Assembly: GCA_051294375.1 (NCBI GenBank)
Contig: CM119263.1
Location: forward strand, 13,904,414-13,968,413
Reading direction: 5' to 3'
DNA from: Paraspadella gotoi
Taxonomy: Eukaryota; Animalia; Chaetognatha
Length of the DNA: 64,000 nt
The notes beneath the pieces are model-generated. The model was not told the DNA's origin. It was given only the letters and a program-made list of their open reading frames with translations, and made no database searches. Position 1 is the stretch's first letter. Each line of letters starts with the position of its first letter. Positions 12,501 through 24,833 of this stretch are shown piece after piece. The translations under genes and the position numbers were made by a program.

Positions 12501-13475
12501 AAGTTTTTTTTTTTTAAGAAGTCATTTAATATTTTTTAAAAATTTCAGCAATAATTACAAATAATTTTAATCTTTAAAAATTTATAGGGGAACAAGTATT
12601 AATGCTATGTCATTATCTTGTAAGAGTGATGGAGGCCTTAAACAACCAATGCCTGTCCTAAGTGAGGGGCAAGATAGCTTATTTATTAAAAAATGGATAA
12701 TTTTTAAATTGGTTGTACCAATTACATAAGTAAGGTATCCAAATGAAGTACGTTTTGTGATCTTGAAGATGAGATTGGTTATAATTGATTTTCATAACTA
12801 TTTCACATGATTTGGAGTTGAAAATTTGGCAGGGATTTTAAGTATTATTAATCATTTAACAAATCTAAACATTTGACCGCTATGCCTTCTTTTCATTAGC
12901 TTAACTTTTACTTGTCCCCAAATAGGCTCCCGTTCCCGCAGTGCCTGTGGATGCTTGGTCGACGTCGAAGACATTCCAAGGCGCCTCTGCTTCCACCGGG
13001 GCGCCTTTCAGTGCCTCCCAGCCTCCCTCGCTTGACTCTCCGAAAACTGAAGAAGCCTGGGCCGATTTTTCTTCAATCCCCGATGAGGGAAGAATGAGGT
13101 GAGATTGCAAAGGAAATAAACGAAACTTAAATTTATTTCATTTATGTAATAGAAAGTAAAAACAGAATTTTGACTATATGTTGAATAAAAATGGTAAACA
13201 AAATTACTGTTTTTAAGTCCGGCGACTGCGGCTTGGTCGCCAGGAGCGCCTGTGACTTCTGCAAAAGCATCTCCTTCTATGGAGCCGCCTCTTCCAGTCA
13301 TCGACCTCGCCGTTTCGAACCAGAGTATGTAAATTTATAAACTAAGATTTTTAGATCATATATAAAATTTATTATTTAATCCCCTCTCGTTTTTATTTGT
13401 TTAGTCGACGAATCCAGATCCAAAGCGTACCTCCTGGAACCAGCCAATGGTCCCTCAAACGGGCCAACGCTTTAA
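534..13475 (+). CDS. PPP6R3: Serine/threonine-protein phosphatase 6 regulatory subunit (SAPS-domain protein, PPP6R3-like); 5' part lies outside the window
   Basis: Phase-consistent GT-AG exons: 534-667, 814-964, 3825-3961, 4031-4156, 4225-4386, 4506-4739, 5119-5216, 7720-7824, 10014-10139, 10259-10380, 10550-10632, 10785-10863, 11295-~11414, 11485-11606, 12926-13098, 13218-13324, 13405-13475 (TAA). SAPS hallmark motifs [64 protein letters not shown]...DSDEEDAWE, and an acidic tail ending NGPTL*. Confidence 0.93.
1052..3713 (-). CDS. Nested intronic antisense gene, ~404 aa, uncharacterised; candidate ciliary/sperm microtubule inner protein (Mn-motif/SAXO-like)
   Basis: Seven exons with GT-AG boundaries and matching phases: 3713-3537, 3475-3331, 2308-2049, 1948-1694, 1633-1448, 1302-1213, 1153-1052 (TAG); 1215 nt open. 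Repeated short motifs [41 protein letters not shown]. The start codon is uncertain. Confidence 0.78.
5225..6150 (+). mobile_element. Helentron-associated interspersed element (HINE/DINE-1-like), family A
   Basis: T run, 5' subterminal repeat atcgtcgcaatcgc (5231-5244) with adjacent inverted copy ttgcgacgat (5252-5261), exact 3' inverted partner gcgattgcgacgat (6112-6125), small stem-loop ctta...taag and T run. No coding capacity. Confidence 0.6.
8487..8530 (-). ncRNA. Minimal type-I hammerhead ribozyme motif (antisense copy, stem I impaired)
   Basis: Minus strand reads agcg-CTGATGA-a-ggctc-gaatttat-gagcc-GAAA-catg-TC-agcg. Core and stem II are intact; the 3' strand of stem I has two mismatches. 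Confidence 0.6.
9169..9212 (+). ncRNA. Minimal type-I hammerhead ribozyme motif
   Basis: agcg-CTGATGA(9173-9179)-a-ggctc-gaatttat-gagcc-GAAA(9199-9202)-catg-TC-tgct: 5-bp stem II, palindromic ACATGT stem-loop III, GUC cleavage triplet ending at 9208, 4-bp stem I agcg/tgct. Confidence 0.75.
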
Positions 13476-14451
13476 TCTCTTTCTTATACGCCTCAGAAGC
13501 TCTCAACCACTTCTTTCCTTCTTTTGCCTTCCCCCGCCCCGATATTCACCATTCCTGCACAAATCCACCTTATTTTCCCCGCGTTTAGAAAACATTGGCA
13601 ACCCTCCCCCCATACCCACCCCCAGACGACTCGCGCGACATCTTCTTCGAACAAACCCTCACATCAGTACCTTTACCTCTCTATTTTAACGAAACCGCAC
13701 CGGTTAGATCAAAGGCCGAGGAGAAAAGGGGGGAAAAAAGGGGGGTGGCAGGGTAAAAATAACAAATTCCCACATCGTGTTTCGGATTAGTTGGATGAAT
13801 TTTGTTGTTTTAGTTAGTAGACTCAGATGGATGGGATTTCTTTTTAATCTCGTCGATCAGGTCGATACGCGCGTCTTCCAGGATCTATAGGCGTATTGCG
13901 TAGTTATCAATTGTATATAAATAGCAGCGAAGGACAGGAACTGAGGCCGGCGATAAGTGTTATAAATGGTTCAAACAAGGGATGGGCGAGTAATTGAATC
14001 GACGGTTAGAGAAAGAGACTGGCTCTTAATCTTAAGCTCACTCTCGGTTTTGCATTGGTTCATACGTTTCTCGTTTGATACCTTTCTTAGTCCAGTTAAT
14101 TAAAAAAAAGTAATGTTGCGAACATTTTTAATTTTATCGAATTATGCTCTAGTGTTTGGATTTAATGTTCTTTGAATTTAAAAAAACATTGTATTTGTTT
14201 TTTAAGCCTCTAAATAAAAAAAAACATCCTCACCCAAATTTTCATGTTATTTAATGCGACTCGAATTAGATTAGATTAGGATTAGCAAAAAACAAATTCT
14301 GCTATCTTTTTATTTCTAAATACATAAATTCTATGTACGGATTTACTCGAAACAGATGCATACAATATACCGATGAAACACTTCTGAGAGTACATTTATC
14401 CAATTCAATGTTACAAATTATTCCTGATTAATAATAAACTTTTGTTCATAG

Positions 14452-16230
14452 TCAATCGAGTCCAAGCGATTTTCTGCTTGGCATGCCGCTCGTTTGCGAA
14501 GCCGGCGGTGCCGTTCGGCAAAACTGGTCGAAGTATGACGTCCCGTTGGAGTGGTTCAAATCACGACCGACCACTGGAACCACTCCAGCTGCTGCTCGAA
14601 ATCTGTCGAAAAAAGCCAATCGATTTCTCTCATTTTTGTTTACCCGACACGGACCATCTGTAGGTTTAAATGTAGTAATTTTTGTGGTAGTTATTCACAT
14701 CGAACCTGTCGGCGTTGCAACCGTAGCGAGTAATGTTGTTCGTTAGGACTGGCGCCTGATTCGGTTGCTGATACGAATCCCTTTGGAGTGATTGATCCGT
14801 TCGGTAAGGAATCTTGTCTCTCCAGTCTTCGGCCGGAAGGTAAGAGTTTGAAATTTGGTAAGCTTGAGGAATTCCTGGAGCAGTAGATGACAAGATATAA
14901 GTTCAATTACGGACGTTATTTTGGCAAAGCAAAAATTGTAACATTAAGATTCTCAATTTTTCAAAAATACTGCGAATTACGAAATCGATTCGAGCCAAAT
15001 CCTCAATATCCTCTACATATGACATTGGCCGGACATTTGGCCTCCCGCATATTACTGCCGACCGAAGCTTGTTCTATGCTTCTTCTACTCGGAAAACCCG
15101 AGAGTTACAGTGGTGCATCGGCCTATTGTCTGCTAAGACCCTCGAGTCCTAAGGAGGAAAAGGTCCTGATTGTGCCTGTCATTTCCCAGCTTTTAAAAAA
15201 ATGTAATTTTTTTTGCATTTGAAAAAGACCGTCCTGTTATAAAATATATTTTAATAAAAAAAAACTTTTCAGCTTTGGAAAAAAATTGGAAAAGAATAAT
15301 AATCTGGCAAGAGCCTGTTATCTCACTAAACCTTGAATATATTAATAAAAATTTTTTTATATGTTTTCAAGATATTATACTAATTAATAAATTTAAAAGA
15401 AATTAAAACATTTGGTTTAATTTGTTTAACAATGAGTTTAAAATAGAATTATTAAGAGTTATAACAACGCTTTTCATTTCACTTCCATTTTAAATCCGTG
15501 TAAAAGTGAAAACAATACTACTAAACTGAAATAAAAACTGGCTAAATTTTAATACCAACCCAAGAAGTCCATCATATACGTCGATTTTGCACGACTGCCC
15601 AGCACTTTTTTGACCCTGTCCTCGCTCAATGGAAGAGACCAGTCTCCGCTGTCGGAGTAGGAATAACGAGGCTTTTGACGGAAAACAAGAAAATTCTTCT
15701 CCGGATGAGGGCGGTTGCGTCTGATTCCTGTCGCTGAACCTGAGAAAATGTGACGCTACGAAAATTTCTGCCTGCAGAGAATTTCGAAGTCTACTTTACA
15801 TTTAGCTTTAGCTTTGCGATAAAACGGATACTGGTTCTTATTTTCAAATTTAGGTGAACCCGGCATTCGCCCGGTAGTCTTGGAAACCTGTGGTTATTGA
15901 TTCCGTGGGCTGTTGAGATTTTTCGCTAAACTCCTGGTTGTACGTAGTCCCACCGATAGGTTCGTTCAAGTCATACGGTACCCGGTACCCATTAGATGTT
16001 TGAGGTCTGTTGTAAATTGTTTAGTTATCTATGGCCTTATTTACTTATTATTGGGGTTAACTTACCTTATCGGGGTCTTAGCCCGTCCTCGAACGCCAAA
16101 AAACTCATTATTATAAGTGGTGAGATATGGATTTATCGTATCCACGTTATCTGCTGGAGAAAAAGCAAAAAGATAGGTAAATGTGGTAAATGTACTAGAA
16201 TGAACATAGTTTTTCCACCCTACCTGCCAT
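14452..16230 (-). CDS. TEX26: Testis-expressed protein 26-like (ciliary/sperm protein), ~236 aa
   Basis: Exons 16230-16224, 16150-16066, 16006-15888, 15739-15560, 14874-14706, 14602-14452 (TGA), all phases consistent. Collinear motifs NPYLTTYNNEF, YDLNEPIGGTTYNQEF, GIRRNRPHP, KSTYMMDFLG, DWRDKIP, TRYGCN...AGVVP, TSYFDQF match the order I recall in TEX26. Confidence 0.78.
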
Positions 16231-16843
16231 TGCTCATGTAGTATTCTATGAGATTATTATTCTTATTGAATTTAAATTGTTTCGGGTTATCATTTCGTGT
16301 TCCCCGTTGCGAGGGCAATGTGTACTGGAGAAGGTTGCTAAGAAAGAGGAAGAGAAATTAACTGGCTTGATCGGGTAGGAGCGGAAGAGCTAAAAAAAGG
16401 AAGAGAAAGTTTAGGACCCACGGGTGAGGAGAGCTATTATTCAAAAGAAGAACTTTATTTGTAAAAGACTTTAGGGGATTGTTCAAAATCCTTTAAAGGA
16501 GTAAACATGCTTGCCTTCGATTACGGATTGGAGATAGTTAAAAATTCCATACAGTGACCCTCGTTTAATGCGAAGCTTTTTTTTTATTTCTGAGGTTTCA
16601 AAAATATCTCTTTACAATGCAAGTGTTTATTAACGCGAATATTACTTGTTCATTAAAAGACAAAAAATAGGTGATCTTACCCGTTGGCACCCTGTTATAC
16701 CGCCCTCGCGTTTTATTCAAAACGAGCTTAATTAATGCTTAGGATTTCTTAAGAACAGAAATCTTGCGTTGAGGGTCAAAGACAAAGGTTGCCATTTGAG
16801 TATCAAAACAAGAAAACAAATTCTGATGTTATTATTTTCCAAA

Positions 16844-19800
16844 ATGAAAATTCTCACATTTGTGCTCGTTTTTACCATTTTCGGTCAGGAACGATGCCTT
16901 GTAGGTACTAAAATTAGCTGGGTTAAATTTTGACAGCATTTTATAGATTCCATAAATGGTTATGGTTTATTTATGCAATTCCTAAAAATGATTCGCTATT
17001 TTACCAGGCGCGCTGACATGCGCGATCTGCAACGAGAACGCTGAGTGTAAGAAAATAGCTGGCTTCATCGTCTGCAAGTGTAAAACAGGCTGGACCGGCA
17101 ACGGGAACGGACCATCGGGCTGCGCCGACGTCGATGAGTGCTTGGCTAACAACGGCGGTTGCCACCCAGAGGCCGGATGCACTAATCTTGTAGGGTCTCG
17201 TACGTGCAGTTGTCCAACAGGGTTCGAGGGGGATGGAGTTGGCGACGACGGCTGCATCGACATCGACGAGTGCGCGACGAACAACGGCGGTTGCCACGCA
17301 GACGCCACGTGTACCAACACGCCAGGCTCGAGAACTTGCGCCTGTAATCCCGGCTATGAAGGAGAGGGTATTGGTGGAGCTGGTTGCGTGGATATCGATG
17401 AATGCGCTACTGACAACGGAGGCTGCAATGAGGTCGCCTCTTGTTCCAACACACCGGGATCCAGGGATTGTGTCTGCCCATCCGGCTACGAGGGTGACGG
17501 AGCCGGCAACCCCGGCTGCATTGACATAGACGAATGTGCTACTGACAACGGTGGGTGCCACTCAGACGCCTCGTGCACTAATACTCCCGGGTCGAGAACC
17601 TGCGCTTGCAATTCTGGTTATCTAGGAAACGGGATCGGCGAGAGCGGATGCGTGGACATCAACGAGTGCGATGTAAATCACGGTGGTTGCCACGAAAAGT
17701 CCGAATGCATCAACGTCCCTGGATCGAGGAACTGTCGATGCAACGAGGGTTACCAAGGCACCGGGGTCGGCGAAGAAGGCTGCGTCGATATCGATGAGTG
17801 CGCTGCGAACAACGGAGGATGCAATCCCGACGCCGACTGCACCAACACGCCCGGATCAAGAACTTGCGCTTGTCATTCCGGTTATCTAGGAGAGGGAGTT
17901 GGCGGAGACGGCTGCGAGGACATAAACGAATGTGAGATAAACAACGGCGGGTGTCACGAAAAAGCCAACTGCGTCAATACGAAGGGATCGCGGCAGTGCG
18001 TCTGCATTTCGGGTTATGAAGGGGAAGCCATCGGCGCAAATGGCTGCCTGGACATCAACGAATGTCTTACGGATAATGGTGGGTGCAACAAAGACGCAAC
18101 TTGCACTAACACAGAGGGTTCGAGAGATTGCGCCTGTAACTTTGGATTTTTGGGTGAAGGGGTGGGCACCACCGGCTGCGTCGACATCAATGAGTGTTTG
18201 ACTGAAAATGGTGGATGCAACATTAATGCTCTCTGCACCAACGTCCCTGGATCGAGGGAATGTGGATGCAAAACTGGATGGGCTGGCGTAGGGATCGGTT
18301 TGTTCGGATGCTCGGACATCGACGAATGTCTGTCTGAAAATGGCGGCTGTTTCGATCTCGCATCGTGCGTCAACACTCCGGGTTCAAGGGACTGCAACTG
18401 CCCCGACGGCTACAATGGGAGTGGCGTTGGAAAAGAAAACGGATGTGTTGATATAGACGAGTGCTTGGTGAACAATGGAGATTGCAATATTTTTGCCGTT
18501 TGCACCAACAAGCCAGGTACTCGTGATTGTGCTTGCAGAGATGGCTTTGTCGGCGAAGGCATCGGACAATTGGGCTGCACAGATATTGATGAATGCTTGC
18601 AAAATCGCGGAGGGTGTCACCAAAAAGCAGATTGTGACAACATTCCGGGGTCGAGGAATTGTGCTTGCGTGGAAGGTTATCGTGGAAGCGGGGTGGGCGA
18701 TGAAGGTTGTGAGGATATCAATGAGTGCCTTCTGGACAATGGAGGTTGCAATGATGATGCCGTTTGTACCAATATTCCGGGGTCTCTCAATTGCGCTTGC
18801 AATCAGGGATATTTGGGAAATGGAATTGGCAAACAAGGATGCGTGGATATCAACGAATGTGAAATAGCCAATGGTGGATGCCATTCAAAAGCCACTTGCA
18901 CCAATGTGCCCGGCAACCGGACCTGTTCGTGCAACCCTGGATACAAAGGAAACGGTTTGAGAACCGATGGTTGTTCTGATGTAGATGAATGCCAAAACGA
19001 GAACGGGGGCTGCAACAGTTTGGCCATTTGCGCCAACACCGACGGATCTCGCGATTGTTCTTGTAACCAAGGATACGAAGGAGACGCTGTAGGTCCCAGC
19101 GGCTGCAGAGATGTGAATGAGTGCGACGTTAATCATGGAGGTTGCAACGTCAACGCCGAATGCATCAACGTCCCAGGATCACGGTCCTGCTCCTGTAACG
19201 CCGGCTATCGCGGAGACGGCGTCGGCGATGCAGGTTGTGACGATATCGACGAATGCACCACGGAAAACGGAGGATGCGATTATCGCGCCATCTGCCTCAA
19301 TAATCCTGGTTCGAGAGAGTGCAAATGCACAACTGGCTACGAAGGCAGTGGTGTCGGTAATGAAACCGGCTGCGTCGACATCGACGAATGTTTGATCAAC
19401 AACGGAGATTGCCACTCCAAAGCCGTTTGCGCTAACACGCCGGGCTCGAGAAAATGCGCGTGCATCGAAGGCTACAGCGGTAATGGTGATGGGATCTACG
19501 GCTGCAAAAACATTGACGAGTGTCGAGACGACAACGGCGGCTGTCACGATCTCGCGCGTTGCAAAGACGAATGGGGCTCCAGGGTCTGCATCTGTCCGAG
19601 CGGCTACTCTGGCGATGGCGTTGGAATCTCCGGGTGCGACGATGTCGATGAATGCGCCGACAACAATGGCGGTTGTAATCGTCACGCGAAATGCACGAAC
19701 GTACCCGGGTCTAGGGAATGCGCCTGCAACGCTGGGTTTAAGGGGAATGGCGTTGGAGAGAACGGTTGTGTGGACATTAACGAATGCGCCGCCGATAACG

Positions 19801-22800
19801 GGGGATGCAACAGGGAAGCGTTTTGCATCAACACTGTGGGAACGCGGGAATGCTCTTGCAAGAGCGGCTACGAAGGAGACGGCATCGGAATTCCGGGTTG
19901 TGTTGACGTCGATGAATGCGAGAAGGACAATGGTGGATGCAACGAATTGGCCAATTGCACCAATATCATCGGCTCTCGAGCCTGCAACTGCATTGAGGGA
20001 TATGAGGGAAGCGGCGTGGGATACAGCGGATGCAACGACATCGACGAATGTCGAATTCTTCAAGGCGGTTGTCACGAGAACGCCGATTGCTCAAACACAC
20101 AAGGATCGCGGGAGTGCACCTGCCGACCCGGATTCGAGGGGGACGGCATTGGCGACGATGGCTGCTCCGACATCAATGAATGTGAATTGGACAACAGCGG
20201 TTGTCACGGAAACGCAACTTGCGAAAACATTGTTGGCTCGAGAGAATGCAGATGCGTCTCGGGTTTCCAAGGAAACGGCGTCGGCGCCTCGGGATGTGAC
20301 GACATCGACGAATGCAGTGTAGATAACGGGAGATGTCACTCTGACGCCATCTGTTTTAACACGCGCGGCGGCAGGGAGTGCACTTGTAAATCCGGGTTCA
20401 GCGGTGACGGTAAAGGCATTTATGGCTGCGAGGACGACAACGAATGCGCCTTCAGCAACGGAGGCTGCTCCTCCATCGCCTTTTGCGTCAACGTTCCAGG
20501 GTCGAGGACATGCCAGTGTCCCACGGGATTCGCTGGTGACGCTCTTGGAGAAGACGGTTGCAAGGACATTGACGAATGTCTTTCGGTTAACGGGGGTTGC
20601 CACAGGTGAGAATGGTCTTTCGTTTTTCGAGTTTCGTGTATAAATACGTTTTCAATTTTGATTCAAATTAAGGTCGACTAAGTTTTAAACCCCAATTATT
20701 CGTGATTGGATGGATGGATTGGAATGAAATTTTGTGTGTGATTGAGCGGGATATGAAGTTTCGATGGAATCGTGCGAGTGGAAATGGGTTTAAAAGGAAA
20801 AAGTCATATTTACTTGAAGTATTTTTACTTATATTTACTCATAATTATTATATTGATTAAAAATTGGATAGATAAATTGAAATGAAATTTTGAAAGTATG
20901 TGTTTAAGCTGGATATAAATTTTTGATGGAATCGTAGGAGTGGAAAAGAGTTTAAATTAAAAAAACAAAAGACACATTTATTTGAATTTTTTAAACTTTC
21001 CCTCTATCTCTCTCTGATTGATTGATTGATTGATTGATTGACCAAATTATACCAGTGGACCAAATTATGCCAGTGGACCAAATTATGCCGGTTAACCAAA
21101 TTATGCCAGTTGACCAAATTATGCAAATGGGCCAAATTATGCAAAATTACCAAATTATGCAAGTTGACTAAATTATGCAAGTTGGTATTGGCGCAGCTAC
21201 TGGTAATGATTGATAGATCAATTGATTTATAGATTATTATTATTATATTATTATTTTTATTATGATTTGTTATGCTACGATTAGTTACGATTTGTTAAGA
21301 TCACAAATTGAAAGTCAGAAAATATTACCGTGATTTATCTTCGGATTAGCTTATTAACGCAATTATCGTCGGCAGAATCGACATTGTTTGCTCAAACTTG
21401 TTAAACTTAATTATACTAATTACAGCCACTCGAACTGCACCAACTCTCCGGGAACCCGCGCGTGCAAATGCCATGCTGGTTTCTTGGGCAACGGGATCGG
21501 GGATCAGGGCTGCGTTGATATTGACGAATGTTCCGTCGACAACGGCGGATGCAGCCCTCACGCCGCCTGCCGCAATTTTCCAGGAACCAGCGCATGCGCC
21601 TGTCACGATGGCTTCGAGGGAAACGGGATTGGTCAGTACGGATGTTTGGACATCGACGAATGCGGCGTCGAAAACGGAGGATGCAATCCTGACGCCACCT
21701 GCTCCAACGCCGAGGGGTCCAGGGATTGCACCTGTCGCGACGGGTTCGTCGGCGACGGCGTCGGCGAGACTGGATGCGTCGACGTGAACGAGTGCAGAGT
21801 CAGAAACGGAGACTGTCACCACAACGCCTTGTGTACGAATTATCCGGGGGGGCGGAACTGTTCTTGCAAGGAGGGATACGTCGGAAGCGGCAAAGGGAGA
21901 GAAGGTAGGTATATAAAATTTACATAGTTTTAAGAAAGATCTACATTTGATTTAATTGATTAATTGATTGATTGACTGTATCTCTTTCTTTTCTTTTCTT
22001 CTCTTTTATTTCTTTTCTTTTCTTTTTATTTCTCCTTCTTTCTTTATTTTTATTTATTCATTTATTTATTTATATATTTATTTATTTATATATTTATTTA
22101 TATATTTATTTAATTAATTTATTTATTATTTAATTAATTAATTTATTTATTTTCTCTTTTTCTTTTTTCCTTATTTTTTTTCTTTCTTTCTTTCCTTACT
22201 TCTTTTCCTACCTCCCGAGGCTGCGGCGACGTTGACGAATGCCTCACCGACAACGGCGGCTGCCACGTCAACGCCACGTGCGCCAATTACGACGGTGGCC
22301 ATTCCTGCGCGTGTCTGGCGGGATTTTCTGGCGACGGTGTCGGCGAATACGGCTGCTCAGACGTGGACGAGTGCGCCGAGAACGGTGGCGGGTGCCACGC
22401 GATGGCGCGATGCGTCAACGTGGTCGGGTCGCGCCACTGCGTCTGCGTCGTGGGCTACGAGGGACACGGCGTCGGCGCCGAGGGATGTGACGACATCGAC
22501 GAGTGCATCAGGAACAACGGAGGCTGCCACCCTAAGGCCGTCTGCAAAAACACGAGGGGTTCGAGGTCGTGTCAGTGCAGCCACGGATACGACGGCACTG
22601 GAGTTGGGTTGTACGGTTGTTCGCGTGAGTGCCTCGGGGACACCGAAAAAGGTATTTCCCTTTTGTTTAAAAAAAAAATAAAAAAATTGGTTCCAGATTT
22701 TTCCGACTACAATTGCAACGGATACAAAACGAATCGATGCGGGAACGGAAGCTGCTATCTCCTATCGCTCAAGAACCGAGAGGATAACCTCGACGATGGG

Positions 22801-22862
22801 CTTGAATGTTTGACAGTCGGTGCCCAGTCTCGACCAGGTAAAAGAGTAAGAGAGAGAGAGGA

Positions 22863-22948
<86 letters not shown>

Positions 22949-24833
22949 GAGGGGGGGAGAGAGAGAGAGGAGAGAGAGAGAGAAATAATGCAAACTTTGA
23001 GTTTCATTTCGTTTCTTCGTCCAAGATCTTTTTTTTTAGGTTCTTCTGCATCTGCTACCCAGGTTACACTCACGGTATCTGTTCAAGCGGGAAATTCTGC
23101 GGAGAGCCCATCGATCGATGCCACTCACGTCCTTGTAGAAACGGAGGCAAATGCATCACCACTGGTCCTGGGAATTTTCAGTGCCTCTGTCCGCGGTGGT
23201 GGACTGGATCGGTGGGACAATTTGATTTTTCTTTTTCCGTTGGCAGATATTGAGCACATTATGGAGATAGTACTTTTACAAAGAGACAGTAATTATTAAT
23301 TTTTAATTATTAATAATTAATTATTTCTCTCCTACACTCTTTACCTCTCCGCTCCCCCTCCCTTTCCGCAGCTTTGCGGGATCGACATCAACGAATGCTC
23401 TAATAATCCTTGCAGAAACGGAGGCGTGTGCTTAAACCTGATCGCCAAGAAGCAGATGCCCGGTTATAGGTGGGCGTTCCTCTTTCTCAAACATTTCCGG
23501 ATGAATTTTGTCACGGTCTTTAACTCATTTTGGCTGCAACAATGCAGGTGCCAATGCGCGGCTGGATTTGCTGGCGCCAACTGCCAGATCATCACTAATC
23601 CTTGCCCCGAAGAGCCAAGAAACTATTTCGGCGAGTTTTTCCGTTTTTGATTCCACTTGCATAAATCGTGATAATTTAACGCTAATCGGAAAAAAAAATA
23701 TCGCTTTCGTTTACAGCGCACACCCGCGTCAAATGCCGGCCGCTGCCTGAGAGCGACGACGGCGGAAAAACTTACAGAGCCGGAACGTTTCCGGTCCCAC
23801 TTAATTCTAAGGTTTAAAGTCATCGACAACTGCTGTTTCAGAATGAACAAGTTTTCCTTTATAAGCTTCAATAACACAGTTATTAACAATAACACTTTCG
23901 AGAGTATAAAAAATTCGTCACGTTCGCTCTCAGGGCCCAAGCACGAAAGCTTGGGGAGTGCGAGGGATCTCGAGATGTCGTCCAGTGAAGCCTTCTGCCG
24001 AAAATCCCGCAACTCTTTATGGATACACTTGTCAGTGCGATTCTGGTTGGTAGCCTTTACACATAATTTATATGAGAATATTCAACAAACCGATTTTTTA
24101 AAAAAAATCCTCACTCCCTTATTCATTAAGAAAAAGTTAAAAATTATAGGGATACATTGATGGTTAAATGGACAATTATTATTTTGTTATATTATTATAA
24201 AAACAAAATAATTATTTTTTACAAAAATGGCCATATGTGATTAATGTTTACTAAACAGTGTTTAGTGAATACTGTAGTGTATTTTGTATATTAATATTAC
24301 AGTAATCTGAAACTACCAGAATAATTTACTAATTCGATATGAAATAGCTGTCATTAATATGACAAAATTGTACTATGAACCAAAAAATAAGAACCGACAG
24401 TATTTTGGCATTGCTGATGTACCAAAATTATTTTTTTTTAGCAACCCGTTTAGGAGATATGATTTTTTTCTCAAATTTCCGTTTCGTTACATGTTTCTGG
24501 GTATGCGAATTTTTTGTTGTTAATATACATGGTTAATATAATAATAATTACCTGGTTTTATTAACACGTTACAGGGTGGAGCGGCGTCGAGTGCGATTGT
24601 AGACGCGGCACCTGCTCTGGATTCCGCGACGAAGTCAGATGCGGATCACACGGAAGTTGCGAGGATGATCCCTCGTTTTTCGGATTCTACAGGTTAGTTA
24701 CATGACGGTTCTGTGCGAACATCCGTACTTCAATCATTAGCTAAAAATCTATTCTAGGTGCATATGCGATGCAGGATATATAAATCTGAAGCGTGACGTC
24801 ATCAGAAATATATGGTGCAGCATCGGGGTGTAA
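16844..24833 (+). CDS. Large secreted protein of ~34 tandem calcium-binding EGF repeats plus C-terminal Notch-type EGF domains (fibrillin-like in composition, no TB domains, no transmembrane segment)
   Basis: Signal-peptide exon 16844-16904 (MKILTFVLVFTIFG). Further exons 17008-20605, 21426-21904, 22220-22624, 22697-~22799/22837, 23040-23211, 23372-23469, 23548-23630, 23717-23811, 23934-24045, 24575-24692, 24758-24833 (TAA); AATAAA near 24928. 44-aa unit CxDIDECxxxNGGCxxxAxCxNxxGSRxCxCxxGYxGxGxGxxG. One junction is unresolved. Confidence 0.88.
20672..21402 (+). mobile_element. 5'-truncated copy of HINE family B in intron 2 of the EGF-repeat gene
   Basis: Shares tattcgtgattggatggatggattggaatgaaattttgtg, gatataaatttttgatggaatcgtaggagtggaaaaga and the 3' end cgacattgtttgctcaaacttgtt with 7861-9775. 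Confidence 0.7.
21038..21181 (+). repeat. Minisatellite, 8 x 18 bp (consensus tkgaccaaattatgcmag)
   Basis: Eight head-to-tail units without spacers; this explains the repetitive ORF 21038-21232. Confidence 0.9.

Noticed and set aside
14980-15170. GC-richer block in a TEX26 intron as an extra exon
   Set aside because: The minus-strand frames I tried from plausible acceptors hit stops, and the flanking exons already join in phase.
16550-16780. Possible pogo/Tigger-like MITE (tacagtgaccctc ... gagggtca) between TEX26 and the EGF gene
   Set aside because: Only an 8-bp inverted match and no clear right-hand TA target site; too weak to call.
21038-21181. Regular short repeats as a CRISPR array or repeat peptide
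   Set aside because: Head-to-tail 18-bp units with no unique spacers, inside a transposon copy in a eukaryotic intron.
17001-21822. Long antisense and alternative-frame ORFs over the EGF exons (e.g. 19179-20075 -, 19483-20322 +)
   Set aside because: Shadows of the repetitive, GC-rich EGF coding frame; no independent motifs.
17008-24833. Calling the EGF gene fibrillin or Notch
   Set aside because: No TB/hybrid domains, LNR, transmembrane segment or ankyrin repeats were found.
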